From assembly GCA_963796055.1 (NCBI GenBank), contig CAWCKH010000004.1, positions 3,392,001 to 3,456,000 of the forward strand: a stretch of DNA of 64,000 nt. Reading direction: 5' to 3'. The DNA is from an uncultured delta proteobacterium. GTDB taxonomy: Bacteria > Myxococcota > Myxococcia > Myxococcales > Myxococcaceae. The position numbers and the translations under genes were made by a program. Positions 15,333 to 28,229 of the stretch are shown one piece after another. Position 1 is the first letter of the stretch, and each line of letters opens with the position of its first letter. The notes beneath the pieces were generated by a model. That model was not told where the DNA came from. It made no database searches and saw only the letters and a list, made by a program, of their open reading frames with translations.

Positions 15333-15958
15333 GCTCCAGGGCTGGGCGGTTCATCGTCCTGGAGGGCATCGACGGCTCCGGGACCACGACCCAGGCGGCG
15401 CGGCTGGCCGCGGCGCTCCGCGAGGCCGGACACGCGGTGGTGAGCACGCGCGAGCCGTCGGACGGGCCGATTGGGATGCTTCTCCGGCAGGCGTTGACCC
15501 GCAGGCTGATGGGGTTGTCGGACCGGGTGCTGGCGCTGCTGTTCGCGGCGGACCGGCTGGACCACCTCGCCTCGGTGGTGGAGCCTGCGCTCGCCGAGGG
15601 CAAGGTGGTGGTCTCGGACCGCTACGTGCTCTCGTCGCTGGCCTACCAGGGGATGCGCCTGCCGCTCCGGTGGGTGGAGGCGCTGAACGCGGCGGCGCGG
15701 CCGGCGGACCTGACCCTCTACCTGGCGGTGGATGCCCGCACGGCGGCTCGGCGGCGGCACGGCCGCGGCGGATCGGCGGAGCTGTTCGACGCCGACGAGG
15801 TGCAGCGGTCGGTGGCCCGCGCGTACGAGCGGGTGGTGAAGAAGCACGCGCGGGCGCAGCATGTGAAGCGGGTGGACGGCCGGGGAGCGCCGGACGCGGT
15901 GGCCCGGGGGATCCTGACCCGGGTCGAGGCCGTGCTGTCCCGGGGGGCAGGGAAGTAG
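15329..15958 (+). CDS. tmk: thymidylate kinase
   Basis: FIVLEGIDGSGTTTQ, TREP, LLFAADR, SDRY..SSLAYQG. Confidence 0.95.
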   Translation: MSSRAGRFIVLEGIDGSGTTTQAARLAAALREAGHAVVSTREPSDGPIGMLLRQALTRRLMGLSDRVLALLFAADRLDHLASVVEPALAEGKVVVSDRYVLSSLAYQGMRLPLRWVEALNAAARPADLTLYLAVDARTAARRRHGRGGSAELFDADEVQRSVARAYERVVKKHARAQHVKRVDGRGAPDAVARGILTRVEAVLSRGAGK

Positions 15959-15959
15959 A

Positions 15960-16706
15960 GTGGCCAGCGGGATGGCACGGACGGGCGCGGCGGCGGTCAT
16001 CATCGGCAACGAGGTCCTCTCGGCAAAGGTGGAGGACGCCAACGGACCGCACCTCGTGCGCCGGCTCCGCGAGCACGGCATCCCGCTCCGGGCGATCTTC
16101 GTGGTCCCGGACGAGATCGAGGCGATCGTCGGCGCGGTGGTGACCGCGCGCTCGGTCGCCCGATGGGTCATCACCAGTGGGGGCATCGGTCCGACGCACG
16201 ACGACGTGACGGTGCGCGGGGTAGCGCTGGCGCTGGGCCGCGAGGTGGTGCGGCTGCCGCGCATCGTCGAGCTGCTCTCCCGTGCGCACTCCGGCGCGAT
16301 GCCCGCCGAGGCCCTGCGTCTGGCCGAGGCCCCGGAGGGGACCGAGCTGCTCGCGCCCGAGGGCACGGTCTACCCGGTGCTCGCGGTGGAGGGGATGTTC
16401 CTGCTCCCCGGGGTGCCCTCGCTGTTCAAGGTGCAGCTGGAGACGGTGCTCTCGTCCCTTCCCAAGGCGGCGGTGCACGTCCGCTCGCTCTACCTGTCCC
16501 AGGGCGAGGCGGAGATCGCCGCGACCCTGGACCGAGTGGCCCTCGGAATGCCCGACGTGGGCATCGGCAGCTACCCCGCGGTGACCTCCGGCGCCGACCA
16601 CCGTGTCCGGGTGACGGTCGAGGGCGCCGAGCCCGAGCGAGTCGAGCTGGTGGTGGCGCGGCTCCAGAGCGAGCTACCGGAAGGCGTCGTCCTGCGGGTC
16701 GAGTAG
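15960..16706 (+). CDS. CinA-like molybdopterin-binding domain protein
   Basis: IIGNEVLSAKVEDAN, TSGGIGPTHDDVT, LPGVP, IGSYP. Confidence 0.88.
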   Translation: MASGMARTGAAAVIIGNEVLSAKVEDANGPHLVRRLREHGIPLRAIFVVPDEIEAIVGAVVTARSVARWVITSGGIGPTHDDVTVRGVALALGREVVRLPRIVELLSRAHSGAMPAEALRLAEAPEGTELLAPEGTVYPVLAVEGMFLLPGVPSLFKVQLETVLSSLPKAAVHVRSLYLSQGEAEIAATLDRVALGMPDVGIGSYPAVTSGADHRVRVTVEGAEPERVELVVARLQSELPEGVVLRVE

Positions 16707-16844
16707 CTGGGCCGCGAAAATGGTTCTCAAGTTGCGTTCGAGGAACCGGATCGGACGCTGGACGAGACCTCGAGCACCCCCACCCGGGTGACCGTCCGAA
16801 AATGTTCCTGGGGTTCAACTTGGGAACCCGTCCTGCCATGAAAA

Positions 16845-16884
16845 GGTTCCAACGTGACAACCCGGGTTCCAACGTGACAACCCG
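16845..16884. repeat. perfect 20-bp tandem repeat x2 (GGTTCCAACGTGACAACCCG) in a convergent intergenic region
   Basis: Read directly: units 16845-16864 and 16865-16884; related imperfect palindrome at 16811-16829. Confidence 0.9.
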
Positions 16885-17019
16885 CCACCGCACATGGTCG
16901 GGGCCAGGGTCGTCCGGGTCGCCAAGCCTGTGACCCCGTCTGGTCGCGCGTCCCTTCCGGGCCGAATGCGAAACACGCGACTCCGTCCCGCGACCCGGGA
17001 GCCGCGCCCGGCTCAGGGT

Positions 17020-20000
17020 TCACACCGCCCGTTCGGGCAACGTCGGCCCCACCCGGTCCCGCAAGGTGAACAGCTCCTCCGAGACCGAGAATGTGAGCAG
17101 CGCCCGCAGATCCGGCCGCTCCCGCACCGCGCGGATCACGCCCTCCGGCGACTCCGGCGTCTTCGACGTGGCGAAGGCCGGGTCCTCGCGCAGAACCATG
17201 GTCAGCGCCACCGCCGGGTCGCCACAGACGAGCAACCCCGCCCGGTTCCCGGAAGCGAACAAGCCCTGAAGCGTCTTCGCGAGGTCCGGAACCGGCCCCC
17301 GGGCCACCGCGCGCGCTGGCTCCTCGAGCGCCCGGAGCGCCTTTCTCGGCAGCAGCTTCCGCAGCGTCCGGATCCGGCTCTCGTCCCGCTGCCCGAGCCC
17401 CTCGAAATCCGGCACCTCCAGACGGATGCAGTCCCCGAGCAGGTCCGCGACCTCCGACTCGGGAAGCTTGGCGGCCAGCGCCGTCCGCTCGAGCAGGGCG
17501 AACACCGCCCGGCCGATGAGGAATTTCTGCTCCCGCGAGTTGAACCGCCGCACCACGTCCTGCCCGACACAGATGCTCGGCGGGTCGCTGGTCTCGGCCA
17601 CCATCAGGCCACGCCTGGCCTGGTAGACGTCGAAGTGGTCCACGCCAAATCCTTCGGCCACCAGCCGGATGGCCCGCACCACCGGATGGTCCGACCGCAG
17701 CCGGTCCGCGCGCGGGTCCACCCCCAGGGTCTCGAAGTCCGGCGGGTACAGCTTCGACACCTGGTCGCCGACGGCCCGGAGCACGTCGGTCAACGAATTT
17801 CGTGCATCGGGGTGCAGCAGGAGATCCAGCGACGTCCGGTCGACCCGCGCGTGGGACTCCGAGGGAAGCCGGCCTCGCCAGTCCAGGTGCAGGTGCATCG
17901 CCCTCGGCGGACCCGCGTTCAGAAAGGCGCTGGCTGCGGCACAGCAGAAGCTCCGGTCGAGCAGCCGCTGCGAGTCCCAGATCTCGTAGAGCGTCTCCAG
18001 GCTCAGGAGGCGCACCGGGTCGAGCGCCAGCACGTCCCGGTGCGCGTCGACGGCGATGTCGGCCGACCCCGGGTCCTTGCTGAGCATGTCCGCCAGCGCA
18101 GTGCGGGCCTCCACGCTGCCGGGTTCCAGCTCCACCGCGGTGCGACAGGCGGCCACCGCCCGCGTGAGGTCGCCCAGGGTGCGCAGGTAGAGCTCGGCGA
18201 GCCGGACCCGGATCTGTGCCGCGGCGGCCGGAGGGCAGGGCGGCTGGGCGCGCTCGTCGAGCAGCTGCAGCAGCATCGCCATCCGTCCTCGCCGCTCGAA
18301 CAGCGGGACGATGCGCTCCAGCGCCTGGGGCTCCTCGATCAGCAGCGGAAGCGCCTCCTTCGCCTCGGCGACCGAGCGCTCGGCATCGTCGAAGCCCTCG
18401 CTGAACGCCTCGGCCAGCCGGAGCGAGGTGCGGGCCCGGTCCACCGGACGGGTCTCCATCGCCCGCAGCTGCTGGAGGCAGTCCACCACCCCGGTCCAGT
18501 TCCGCGAGGCGCGGTGCAGGGTGGCCAGCCGGTCGAGAGGCTCGGCCGAGCCCACGGAGGCCAGCGCGGCGTTGAAGGCCGCCACCGCGCGGGCGGGCTG
18601 ATCCAGGCGCTCCTGGTAGAGGATGCCCAGCCGGAGCTGGAGCGCGGCGAGCGTCTCGGCGTCCCCGCCGATCCGGAGCCGGTCCTCCAGCGCCTCCGCG
18701 GCGTCGGACCAGCGACCCTGCTCGGTGGCCAGCACCGCGCGCAGCTCGAGCGCGTCGGCGTGCTCGGGCTCGGCCTCGAGCGCCCTCCCCAGCGCGGTCA
18801 GGGCCCGCCCGCGGTCGCCCACCCCGTCCAGCCAGCCCTGGGCGGCCTTGAAGAACTCGTCGGCGGCGCCGGGCCGGTCTCCGGACGCCAGCCGGGTCTG
18901 CCCGCGGCGCTCGTTCAGCGAGGCCAGCTCCGCGGCGCCGCCCTTCCGCGCGAGGAGCGATTCCACCGCCTCGGAGGCCTCGACCTCCAGGGGGTCCAGG
19001 TCCAGCACGCGCTCGAAGGCGTCGATGGCGCGCTCGGGCTTGCCGAGCACGTCCATCCACAACCGTCCCGCCTCGAGCCAGGCCTGGACCGCGCCCTCCC
19101 GGCTCCGGGTGGCGGCTGCCTCCGCCTCCCAGGCGAGCGCGGCGGCCTCCGTCTCCTCCATCCGCAGCCGGACGCGGCGCACGCCCTGCAGCGCCACCAG
19201 CTCGGCGGGCTCGAGCGCCAGCGCGGCCTGGTAGGCGCCGAGCGCCAGGGGGAGCGTCTGGGGTGAGCCCTCCCCGAGCTGCCCCAGTCGCAGGTGCAGC
19301 TCGAGGCGAGCGGCAGGCGCCTGGGTGACCGCGAGGCGCCGCTCGTAGAACTCGCGCAGGCCCTCCACGTCGCCGGCCTGGCGCAGTGTCCGCTCGAGCT
19401 GGAAGGCGATGCGGGGGTCCTCGGGGTCGACCGCGAAGGCGCGCCGGAGATGTTCCAGCCGCTCGTCGAGCCGCGGCCGCCCCTGCTCCAGCTCGGCCGA
19501 GAGCGTCAGCGCGGCGGCCAGCCCCGGGTCGCCCACCCGCGCGGCGAGCCGCAGCCGCACCTCGGCGCGCCGGGCCCGGTCCGCGGCCCGGGTGTGCTCG
19601 AGGAGCAGGAGTGCCCCGACGTCGTCCGGATGCAGCTCGAGGGCCGACTCGGCCACTGCCGCGGCCCGGTCGAGGTGCCCGGCGGCGAGCAGCGCATGGG
19701 CGAGGCGGAGCCGCGCCGCGACGCGCTCGGCGCTGCTCCCGGCCACCGTGGCCCGCTCGAGCGACTGCAGCGGGTCCGGTCCTCCCTGCTGGCCCGAGAG
19801 CGCCTCCAGCTCGCGGAGCGCCGGGATGTGGTCGGGGGCCACCCGGAGCACCGCCTCCAGCGTGGCGGCGGCGGCCTCGCGGTCGGCGAGCGCGTCCAGC
19901 TGCAAGGTGGCGACCTCGAACAGCGCGTCGGCGCGCGCCCGCGGGTCGGTCCGCGCCCGCGCCATGCGCTCGAGCGTGCTCACCAGACCGGCCCAGTCCC

Positions 20001-21993
20001 CCTGGCCGCGCTGGATGCGGGAGAGCGCCCGGAGCGCGGCGCCGTGGTCGGGGTCACGCCGGAGAACCTCGTCCCAGGCGATGCGGGCCGCGTCCAGATC
20101 CGTGAGCCGGAGCTCCTCGAGGTCCGCGATGCGAGCCCAGAGCTGGACGGCCCGGGCGGGCCCGGCGAGCCCGGCCTCGCGGCGGTACATCTGGCCGAGC
20201 TCGTTCCAGCGACCCTCGCGGGCGTAGAGCCGCCCCAGGGCTTGTAGGGCCGGGAGGTAGGTGGGATCGGCGGTGAGCAGCCGCTCCAGGACGGCGATGG
20301 CGGCGCCCACGTCGTTCAGCCGCTCCTCGAGGACCTGCGCCGCGCGGTGCCGCAGCGCGATGGCCTGGCCCTGGTCGGTGGAGAGCTCGGCCTGACGCTC
20401 GAGCAGGGGGACCAGCTCGTCCCAGGCCTCGCGTCGCTCCGCCAGCCGGGCCAGGTGCACCAGGGAGGGGAGATGGTCGGCGACCAGATCCAGCGCGCGA
20501 CGGAGCGCGTCGGCGGCGAGGTCGAGATTCCCCAGATGCTCCTCGGCCTCCTGGGCGATGCGCCCCAGGGCGGTGACTCCGTCCGCCGGCGAGGTGATGG
20601 AGAGCAGCTCCTCCTCGTGCAGGGCGACGAGCTCCGCCCAGCGCTGCTCGCGCCGCAGCACCCGCTCCAGCCCCTGCCGCGCCGGGAGATAGCCGGGAAC
20701 GAGCTGGAGCGCCTCGCGGAACCGGGCCAGGGCCTCGTCGGTGCGGTGCAGGCGTGCGTCGAGGATCTCCGCGGAGCGGAAGTGGAGCTCGGCGCGGGTC
20801 CGCGGGTCGCCCACCCCCGCCAGCTCGGCGTCGTACACCGCGACCAGCGCCGGCCAGTCCTGGGTCTTGGCGTGGAGGCGTCCAAGCCCGGCGAGCGCCG
20901 CGGGATGCCCCGGCACCCGCGCCAGCACCGCCTCGTAGCGCTGCACTGCCTGCGGGTCGCGGTGGAGGGTGTCCTCGAGGAGCGAGGCCAGCCGCAGCTG
21001 CACCGTGAGCCACTCGCGCTCGTCGCGCACCGAGGTGGCGAGCGAGGCGAGCACGTCGGCCAGCTCCTCGGGCCGGTCGAGTGACTCGTGCAGGGTGGCA
21101 AGCGCGGTGAGGACGGCGGTGTCGTCAGGGTTCTGGTGGCGGGCGGCGTTGAGCGCGGCGACCGCGTCCTCTGGCCGCTCCTGCCGGACGTAGGCCCGAG
21201 CGAGCGCGGTGTACGCCGGGACCGAGGTGGGGCCGCCCAGCTCGGCCTCGGCGGCGAGCACGGCGATGAGCGCCTCGTCGTCGCCGGTGGCCTCGGCGGC
21301 CCGCCGCAGCGCGCCCAGCGTGACTGCGTCCCTCCGGTCGAGAGCGAAGGCCTCGCGCCAGCGGCCCAGCGCCTCGGGGTGCTGCCCGAGCCGCTGGTGC
21401 AGGGTGGCGGCGGTCTGGAGCGCGTGCGAGGCGAGCCGCGCATCGGGCAGCGCGCGCGCGAGCAGGACCTGGACCCGGAGGAGCCCGGCCACGTCCCCAT
21501 GCGCGGCGAGCATCCCCTCGGCCTGGACCAGCAGGCCCAGGTCCGCCGGCTCCAGCTCGAGCGCCGAGGCGAGCACCTGGGTGGCCTCGTCCCACCGGTC
21601 GAGCCGGTCCGCCAGCACCTCGGCCTTCTCGAACAGCAGCGCGGCGCGTCCCCGGGCCCCCTCGGTGGCGGCGAGCTCGGCGTCGAGGAGCTGGAGCACC
21701 ATCGGCCAGTTCCCGACGTCGGAGAAGATGCGGCGCGCCGAGCGGAGGTTCTCCACGAAGCGCGGCGCCAGCCGGTACGCGGCCTGGAACGCGGCGGCGG
21801 CGGCGCGGAGGTTCCCTAGCGGACGCTCCCAGAGCAGACCGAGCTCGTGGTACAGCCGGGCGCTCCGTGGATCCGGCTCCAGCGCCTTCGCTTCGCGCTC
21901 CAGCGCGGCGATGCGGGCCCGGACCTCGGCGACCTCGGTCTCGCCGGAACCGGCGGGGCGCGGGGCCGGCGCCTCTCGCTCCGGAGCGGTCAT
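17020..21993 (-). CDS. giant tetratricopeptide-repeat protein (about 1657 aa; myxobacterial AgmK/GltI-like class)
   Basis: Continuous TPR-like helical repeats from [10 protein letters not shown] 21993 overlaps the hutH stop (ATGA). The upstream extension in the ORF track is a hutH alternative frame. Confidence 0.85.
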   Translation of the reverse strand: MTAPEREAPAPRPAGSGETEVAEVRARIAALEREAKALEPDPRSARLYHELGLLWERPLGNLRAAAAAFQAAYRLAPRFVENLRSARRIFSDVGNWPMVLQLLDAELAATEGARGRAALLFEKAEVLADRLDRWDEATQVLASALELEPADLGLLVQAEGMLAAHGDVAGLLRVQVLLARALPDARLASHALQTAATLHQRLGQHPEALGRWREAFALDRRDAVTLGALRRAAEATGDDEALIAVLAAEAELGGPTSVPAYTALARAYVRQERPEDAVAALNAARHQNPDDTAVLTALATLHESLDRPEELADVLASLATSVRDEREWLTVQLRLASLLEDTLHRDPQAVQRYEAVLARVPGHPAALAGLGRLHAKTQDWPALVAVYDAELAGVGDPRTRAELHFRSAEILDARLHRTDEALARFREALQLVPGYLPARQGLERVLRREQRWAELVALHEEELLSITSPADGVTALGRIAQEAEEHLGNLDLAADALRRALDLVADHLPSLVHLARLAERREAWDELVPLLERQAELSTDQGQAIALRHRAAQVLEERLNDVGAAIAVLERLLTADPTYLPALQALGRLYAREGRWNELGQMYRREAGLAGPARAVQLWARIADLEELRLTDLDAARIAWDEVLRRDPDHGAALRALSRIQRGQGDWAGLVSTLERMARARTDPRARADALFEVATLQLDALADREAAAATLEAVLRVAPDHIPALRELEALSGQQGGPDPLQSLERATVAGSSAERVAARLRLAHALLAAGHLDRAAAVAESALELHPDDVGALLLLEHTRAADRARRAEVRLRLAARVGDPGLAAALTLSAELEQGRPRLDERLEHLRRAFAVDPEDPRIAFQLERTLRQAGDVEGLREFYERRLAVTQAPAARLELHLRLGQLGEGSPQTLPLALGAYQAALALEPAELVALQGVRRVRLRMEETEAAALAWEAEAAATRSREGAVQAWLEAGRLWMDVLGKPERAIDAFERVLDLDPLEVEASEAVESLLARKGGAAELASLNERRGQTRLASGDRPGAADEFFKAAQGWLDGVGDRGRALTALGRALEAEPEHADALELRAVLATEQGRWSDAAEALEDRLRIGGDAETLAALQLRLGILYQERLDQPARAVAAFNAALASVGSAEPLDRLATLHRASRNWTGVVDCLQQLRAMETRPVDRARTSLRLAEAFSEGFDDAERSVAEAKEALPLLIEEPQALERIVPLFERRGRMAMLLQLLDERAQPPCPPAAAAQIRVRLAELYLRTLGDLTRAVAACRTAVELEPGSVEARTALADMLSKDPGSADIAVDAHRDVLALDPVRLLSLETLYEIWDSQRLLDRSFCCAAASAFLNAGPPRAMHLHLDWRGRLPSESHARVDRTSLDLLLHPDARNSLTDVLRAVGDQVSKLYPPDFETLGVDPRADRLRSDHPVVRAIRLVAEGFGVDHFDVYQARRGLMVAETSDPPSICVGQDVVRRFNSREQKFLIGRAVFALLERTALAAKLPESEVADLLGDCIRLEVPDFEGLGQRDESRIRTLRKLLPRKALRALEEPARAVARGPVPDLAKTLQGLFASGNRAGLLVCGDPAVALTMVLREDPAFATSKTPESPEGVIRAVRERPDLRALLTFSVSEELFTLRDRVGPTLPERAV

Positions 21994-23510
21994 GCGGCGT
22001 GGGCCGCGGCCAGGAGCGCCCCCGAGTCGATGAGCGCCGAGACCGCCTCGATGTCGCGGTGGATCTCCCGGTCCTCCTCCATGGTGGGGACCACCTCGCG
22101 GACCCGGGCGTGGGCCGCGGCCACGCCCCGCCCGGCACGGAGAGGCCTCCGGAAGTCGAGCGCCTGGGCGGCGACCAGCACCTCCACCGCGAGGCAGGTC
22201 CGGGTGAAGTCGATGACCTGTCGCGCCTTGAGCGCAGCGGTCATGCCCATGCTCACGTGGTCCTCGCGGCCGGCGGAGGAGGGGATGGAGTCCACCGAGG
22301 CGGGGTGGCTCAGCACCCGCGACTCGGCGACCAGCGCGGCCGAGGTGACCTGGGCGATCATGAAGCCGGAGTTGAGGCCCGAGTTCCTCGCCAGGAACGG
22401 AGGGAGCCCGCTCAACGCCGGGTTCACCAGCTGCTCCACCCGCCGCTCGCTGATCGCCTGAAGCTGGGTGCAGGCGATGGCCAGCACGTCGAGGGCGAGC
22501 GACACCGGCTGGCCGTGGAAGTTGCCACCGGAGACGATGAGGTCCTCGTCGGGGAAGACCAGCGGGTTGTCGGTGGCCGAGTTCACCTCGATGGAGAGGA
22601 CGCGCCTGGCGTGCTGCAGCCCGTCGCGGGCTGCTCCGTGCACCTGTGGCATGCAGCGCAGCGAGTAGGGATCCTGCACCTTGGAACAGTCGGCGTGACT
22701 CTCGACGATCTCCGAGTCGCGCAGGAGACCGCGCAGGTGCTCGGCCACCGCCACCTGGCCCGGGTGGGGGCGCGCCGCCTGGATGGGGGCGATGAACGGG
22801 CGGTGGCTCCCCAGCAAGCCCTCCAGCGTCATCGCCCCGGCGAGGTCCGCAGTCTCCGCCAGCGCCTCGCCCCGGAGCAGCGCCAGCGCGCCCACGGCGC
22901 ACATCGCCTGGGTGCCGTTGACCAGCGCCAGGCCCTCCTTCGCCTCCAGCACCACCGGCTCGAGGTCGGCGCGGGCGAGCGCGGCGCGCCCCGGGAGCCG
23001 ATCGGCTCCCACGAAGGCCTCCCCCTCGCCGATGAGCACCAGGGCCAGGTGGGCAAGCGGGGCGAGGTCGCCCGAGGCGCCCACGCTGCCGCGCTCCGGG
23101 ACGACCGGGATGACCCCGCGGTTGAGCATCTCGAGGGCGAGCTGGAGCGTGCGGGGGCGGATGCCGGAGTGGCCCTTGGCCAGCACGTTGCATCTCAGGA
23201 GAAGCAGCGCCCGGGCCTCGGGGATGGGCAGGGGCGTCCCGACGCCCGCGGCGTGGGAGAGCAGGAGGTTCCGCTGCAGGGTCCGGAGGTCCTTCCGGTC
23301 GATGCGCACCTCGGCCAGGGTGCCGAAGCCGGTGTTGATGCCGTAGGCCGGGGCCTCGCCTGCCGCCACGCGATCCACCAGGGCGCGCGCCCGTTCCACG
23401 CGCGCCAGGGCCTCGGGCGCGAGTTCGACGTGGACTCCCCCGCGCGCCACGTCGCGGATCTCCTCCAGGGTCAGCGTCTCGCCGTCCAGGAGCAATCGCC
23501 GGTCGGTCAT
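21990..23510 (-). CDS. hutH: histidine ammonia-lyase
   Basis: [11 protein letters not shown]-forming [38 protein letters not shown]. Confidence 0.96.
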   Translation of the reverse strand: MTDRRLLLDGETLTLEEIRDVARGGVHVELAPEALARVERARALVDRVAAGEAPAYGINTGFGTLAEVRIDRKDLRTLQRNLLLSHAAGVGTPLPIPEARALLLLRCNVLAKGHSGIRPRTLQLALEMLNRGVIPVVPERGSVGASGDLAPLAHLALVLIGEGEAFVGADRLPGRAALARADLEPVVLEAKEGLALVNGTQAMCAVGALALLRGEALAETADLAGAMTLEGLLGSHRPFIAPIQAARPHPGQVAVAEHLRGLLRDSEIVESHADCSKVQDPYSLRCMPQVHGAARDGLQHARRVLSIEVNSATDNPLVFPDEDLIVSGGNFHGQPVSLALDVLAIACTQLQAISERRVEQLVNPALSGLPPFLARNSGLNSGFMIAQVTSAALVAESRVLSHPASVDSIPSSAGREDHVSMGMTAALKARQVIDFTRTCLAVEVLVAAQALDFRRPLRAGRGVAAAHARVREVVPTMEEDREIHRDIEAVSALIDSGALLAAAHAA

Positions 23511-23594
23511 GGGCGGCGGAAGGTACCCCGAGGTGCGGCTCTGCGTCTAAGGTGGATCGCTTGCTGCAAGCGGGGGCAGGAGGGCCGTTCCAGG

Positions 23595-24826
<1,232 letters not shown>

Positions 24827-24830
<4 letters not shown>

Positions 24831-25219
24831 GGCACGGGCGCACCGCGGCGCTGGCCGTCGTCCTGCCGTTCGCCCTCGGGGCCGGATGGGCGGTCCAGAC
24901 CCGCTGGCCGGAAACGGCTGCGGCGCTGGACTGTCCTCCGGAACGGGTCCGCTGGTCGGGCGCGGGCGCGCTCGGGGTCGCCCGTTGCGACCAGGGCGAG
25001 GCGCCCCCGGACGCGGTCCGGGTCGCACTCGGGCTCAGGCTCCCGCTGAACCGGGCGGCGGAGGCCGAGCTGGCCCGGCTCCCGGGGGTGGGACCTGCGG
25101 CGGCGCACGCGCTGGTGCAGGCGCGACCCTTCCGCAGCTGGGAGCAGGTCGACGCGGTCAAGGGGGTGGGTCCCGCCCGTCTCCGCACGTTGCAGCAGGC
25201 CACTGAACTCGATCCCTGA
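24827..25219 (+). CDS. ComEA-like helix-hairpin-helix DNA-binding protein
   Basis: N-terminal hydrophobic stretch; [17 protein letters not shown]...VKGVGP HhH pair; GTGA overlap with lysC. Confidence 0.8.
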
Positions 25220-25253
25220 AACCTTTCCTGCTAACGCTTCGCCTCGGCCCCGC

Positions 25254-26930
25254 GTGCAGATCGCCTGTCCCAACTGCCACACCCGCTACGCGCTGGACGA
25301 TCGCCTGGTCCCCACCGGTGGGGCGCCGGTGCAGTGCACGCGCTGCGGCCTGGTGTTCACCGCCCAGCGGGGTGAGGCGCCGGCAGGGCAGGGGCCGCAG
25401 GCCGCGCCCTCGGGAACGCTGCCCTTCGGGAGCGCGGCCCGGACCGCGGGGCCGATCCGCACCGAGGCGTACGGCCAGAGTCCGCCGCCGTCCCCGTCCA
25501 CCCGGGTGTTCGGCGCCGGTCCCGCTGCGGCCCATTCCTCCTCCGCTCCCCCCGGGGGGGGGCGAACGCAGGTCTTCGGGTCGGGCCCGGCCGAAGGAGC
25601 GCGGACCCAGGTGTTCGGCGCGGGGGCAGCCCCGCCATCGCCGCCGGCACCGGCGGGGGCCGCACATCGCACGCAGGTGTTCGGCGGCGCGGCCCCGCAT
25701 GCGTCCGCCAACCGGACCCAGGTCTTCGGTGGCACTCCGGCGCGTCCTCCCGCGCCCTCCGAGCCCCCACCGACGATGCGCACGCAGGTGTTCGGCGGCG
25801 CGGCGGCTCCGGGCGCCGGTGCCCCTGCCGCATCGCCGATGCGAACCGCGGTGTTCGGCGGGGCCGCTGCCGAGCCCGGCCCTCCGGAAGGGCTGGACCT
25901 TCCGCCGATGCCCGAGGACCAGTTCCTCGCCGGCGGGACGCCCTCGCTGGAGCTCCCGGGCACCGGGCCCGAGCCCCTGGGGATCCAGGGCGTCGTCACC
26001 GGGCGGCCCACGCGACTGGACCCGGCGGAGCGGGCGCTCGCCGAGCAGCTTCGGCGGCGCAGGAGCCGCGCCGTCTGGGGGCTGCTCGGGCTGCTGGTGC
26101 TCGGCGGGGTCGTGTACGCCGGGTGGAGCTGGTTCACCGGCCGGTCCGCCGTGCCCGAGTCGGTCCGGGGCGACCGGGACGCGGCCTTCGCACTCCTCCG
26201 GCGCGACGACCCGCAGTCGCGGGCGGCCGCGCTCAAGGTGCTCGACGCCCTCGTCGTCCGGTACCCGCAGTGGGTGGGAGCCCGGGCGACGCAGACCGTG
26301 GCGCAGACGCTGGAGCTCGACGACCAGCGGGCGCTGCTCCGCCGGAGCCTCTCGGAGGCCGAGGCGCTGAAGACGCAGCTCGCCCGCTTCGAGGCGGAGA
26401 AGACGCCCGCGGACTGGAGGGTCCAGGCCGATGCGGTCCGGGTGCGGCTGGATCAGCTCAGGAAGCAGACCGACCCGATGGTGGACGGGGTGAACGCGCT
26501 GGAGGCCAGGCTGACCGCCAGCCGCGATGCGCTCAACCGGCTGCCGCCGGGAACCGCGGACGACGAGCGGGCACGGCTGCGCGCCGACGCCTTGTTCGCC
26601 GGGGTCGCGGGTCGGGCCGAGCGGGCCATCTCCGACGCCGAGCACTACCGACAGCTCGGCGGAAAGGACGGCTGGGGCGAGGTGGCCTACGCCGAGTACG
26701 TGCTCAGCGCCAAGAACGCGCCCCCCGACAGCGTGGAGCAGGCGGTGAAGTCGATGAGCGAGGTCATGGCCCACGACTCGACCTTCATCCGCCCCTACGT
26801 GCTGGCCGGGCGGTTGCTCCTCGTCCTCCGCCGCAAGGACGAGGCGCTGTCCAAGCTCGATGCGGCGGTGGCGCTGAACCCGAGGCACGTGCTCGCCCAG
26901 GCGCTCATCGACCAGGAGCGGGCCAAGTAA
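25254..26930 (+). CDS. MJ0042-type zinc-ribbon membrane protein with RTQVFG repeats, coiled coil and C-terminal TPR
   Basis: MQIACPNCHTRY...VQCTRC, repeated RT(Q/A)VFG, one TM segment, TPR at the end. Confidence 0.85.
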   Translation: MQIACPNCHTRYALDDRLVPTGGAPVQCTRCGLVFTAQRGEAPAGQGPQAAPSGTLPFGSAARTAGPIRTEAYGQSPPPSPSTRVFGAGPAAAHSSSAPPGGGRTQVFGSGPAEGARTQVFGAGAAPPSPPAPAGAAHRTQVFGGAAPHASANRTQVFGGTPARPPAPSEPPPTMRTQVFGGAAAPGAGAPAASPMRTAVFGGAAAEPGPPEGLDLPPMPEDQFLAGGTPSLELPGTGPEPLGIQGVVTGRPTRLDPAERALAEQLRRRRSRAVWGLLGLLVLGGVVYAGWSWFTGRSAVPESVRGDRDAAFALLRRDDPQSRAAALKVLDALVVRYPQWVGARATQTVAQTLELDDQRALLRRSLSEAEALKTQLARFEAEKTPADWRVQADAVRVRLDQLRKQTDPMVDGVNALEARLTASRDALNRLPPGTADDERARLRADALFAGVAGRAERAISDAEHYRQLGGKDGWGEVAYAEYVLSAKNAPPDSVEQAVKSMSEVMAHDSTFIRPYVLAGRLLLVLRRKDEALSKLDAAVALNPRHVLAQALIDQERAK

Positions 26931-27035
26931 TCGTTACAGCCGCCGCCCGGCGGGATGGCGCATCTGCCCGGAACTCCTGTCCAGCCCCGGGGCATGGGCG
27001 TTGCTGCCGCCCCCCTGGTGCCCGGGAGGGCGTGG

Positions 27036-28178
27036 ATGGCGACGGTGGCGTTCTGGGCGGCGGCGGTGCTGCTGGCACAGACCTATTTCCTGTACCCGTT
27101 GTGGCTGCTGCTCCTGGCGCGGGTGAGACCCGGGCGCCAGCTCTCACCTCCCGAGCCGCCGGTCTGGCCGATGGTGTCGCTGGTGGTGGCCGCTCACGAC
27201 GAGGCGGGGTGCATCGGCGAGAAGCTGCAGAACAGCCTGGCGCTCGACTACCCGCCGGATCGGCTCGAGGTGCTCATCGGATCCGATGGCAGCACCGACG
27301 GAACGGACGCCACCGTCCGGGCGTACCCGGACCCGCGGGTGCGCCTGTCGCCGGCGGACCGGGCGGGGAAGACCAGCGTCCTGAACCGGTGCATCCCGGC
27401 GGCCCGCGGCGAGGTGGTGGTGCTCTCGGATGCCAACACCCGCATCGACCCGGGCGCGCTCCGGGCGCTGGTCCGCCACTTCGACGATCCCGAGGTGGGC
27501 GCGGTGTGTGGGCGGCTGCAGCTCTACAACCCGACCCGTGCCGAGTACGAGGAGAGCGCGTACTGGAAGTACGAATCCTGGCTGAAGGCGCTGGAGGGGA
27601 CGCAGGGCGCCGTGGTCGGTGCCAACGGCGGGCTCTACGCCCTCCGCCGCTCGCTCTACACCCGGCTGCCGCCGTCGACCATCGTGGACGACTTCGTCAT
27701 TCCTCTCCGGCTGCTCGACCAGGGGTACCGGGTGCTCTACGAGCCGGCCGCGCTGGCGTCCGAGGAGACCACGGAGGACTACGGTCGCGAGTTCGGGCGC
27801 AAGGCGCGCATCGCGGCGGGGAACTTCCAGAGCCTGGGGCTGGTGCCGGGGCTGCTCTCGCCGTTCCGCGGGTTCCCGGCGTTCGCCTTCTGGTCCCACA
27901 AGATCCTGCGCTGGTGCGCGCCGGCGTTCATGCTGGTGGCGCTGGCGGCGAACGTGGCGCTGCTGGACCGGCCGTTCTACCGGTTCACCCTGGCTGCGCA
28001 GATCGGCTTCTACGCTCTCGCGGCGCTGGGCAGCCTGGCCGTCGGACCGTCCCTGGTGGGCCGGGTCGCGAGCGCCGCCTACTACTTCGTGACGATGAAC
28101 CTCGCCATCGTGGTCGGCTTCTGGCGATTCCTGCGACAGTCGCAGGGAGCCGCGTGGGAGCGAACTGCCCGCGCCTGA
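27036..28178 (+). CDS. glycosyltransferase family 2 (membrane-bound)
   Basis: SDGSTD, GK..LN, SDAN, DDF and RxRIAAGNFQ motifs with TM helices; ATG 27036 has a GGAGGG RBS. Confidence 0.9.
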   Translation: MATVAFWAAAVLLAQTYFLYPLWLLLLARVRPGRQLSPPEPPVWPMVSLVVAAHDEAGCIGEKLQNSLALDYPPDRLEVLIGSDGSTDGTDATVRAYPDPRVRLSPADRAGKTSVLNRCIPAARGEVVVLSDANTRIDPGALRALVRHFDDPEVGAVCGRLQLYNPTRAEYEESAYWKYESWLKALEGTQGAVVGANGGLYALRRSLYTRLPPSTIVDDFVIPLRLLDQGYRVLYEPAALASEETTEDYGREFGRKARIAAGNFQSLGLVPGLLSPFRGFPAFAFWSHKILRWCAPAFMLVALAANVALLDRPFYRFTLAAQIGFYALAALGSLAVGPSLVGRVASAAYYFVTMNLAIVVGFWRFLRQSQGAAWERTARA

Positions 28179-28229
28179 GGGGGCATCCATGAGGTGGGGA
28201 CTGGCGCTGGTGAGCGCCTGCGCCCTGAG

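Noticed and set aside
16845..16884. parS sites
   Set aside because: Resembles GTTCCACGTGGAAC only with extra bases that break the dyad; no parAB nearby.
16894..19266. 790-aa plus-strand ORF
   Set aside because: Antisense shadow of the TPR gene.
21867..23594. N-terminal extension making lysC 987 aa
   Set aside because: Antisense shadow of hutH; the aspartate kinase motif starts at 23595.
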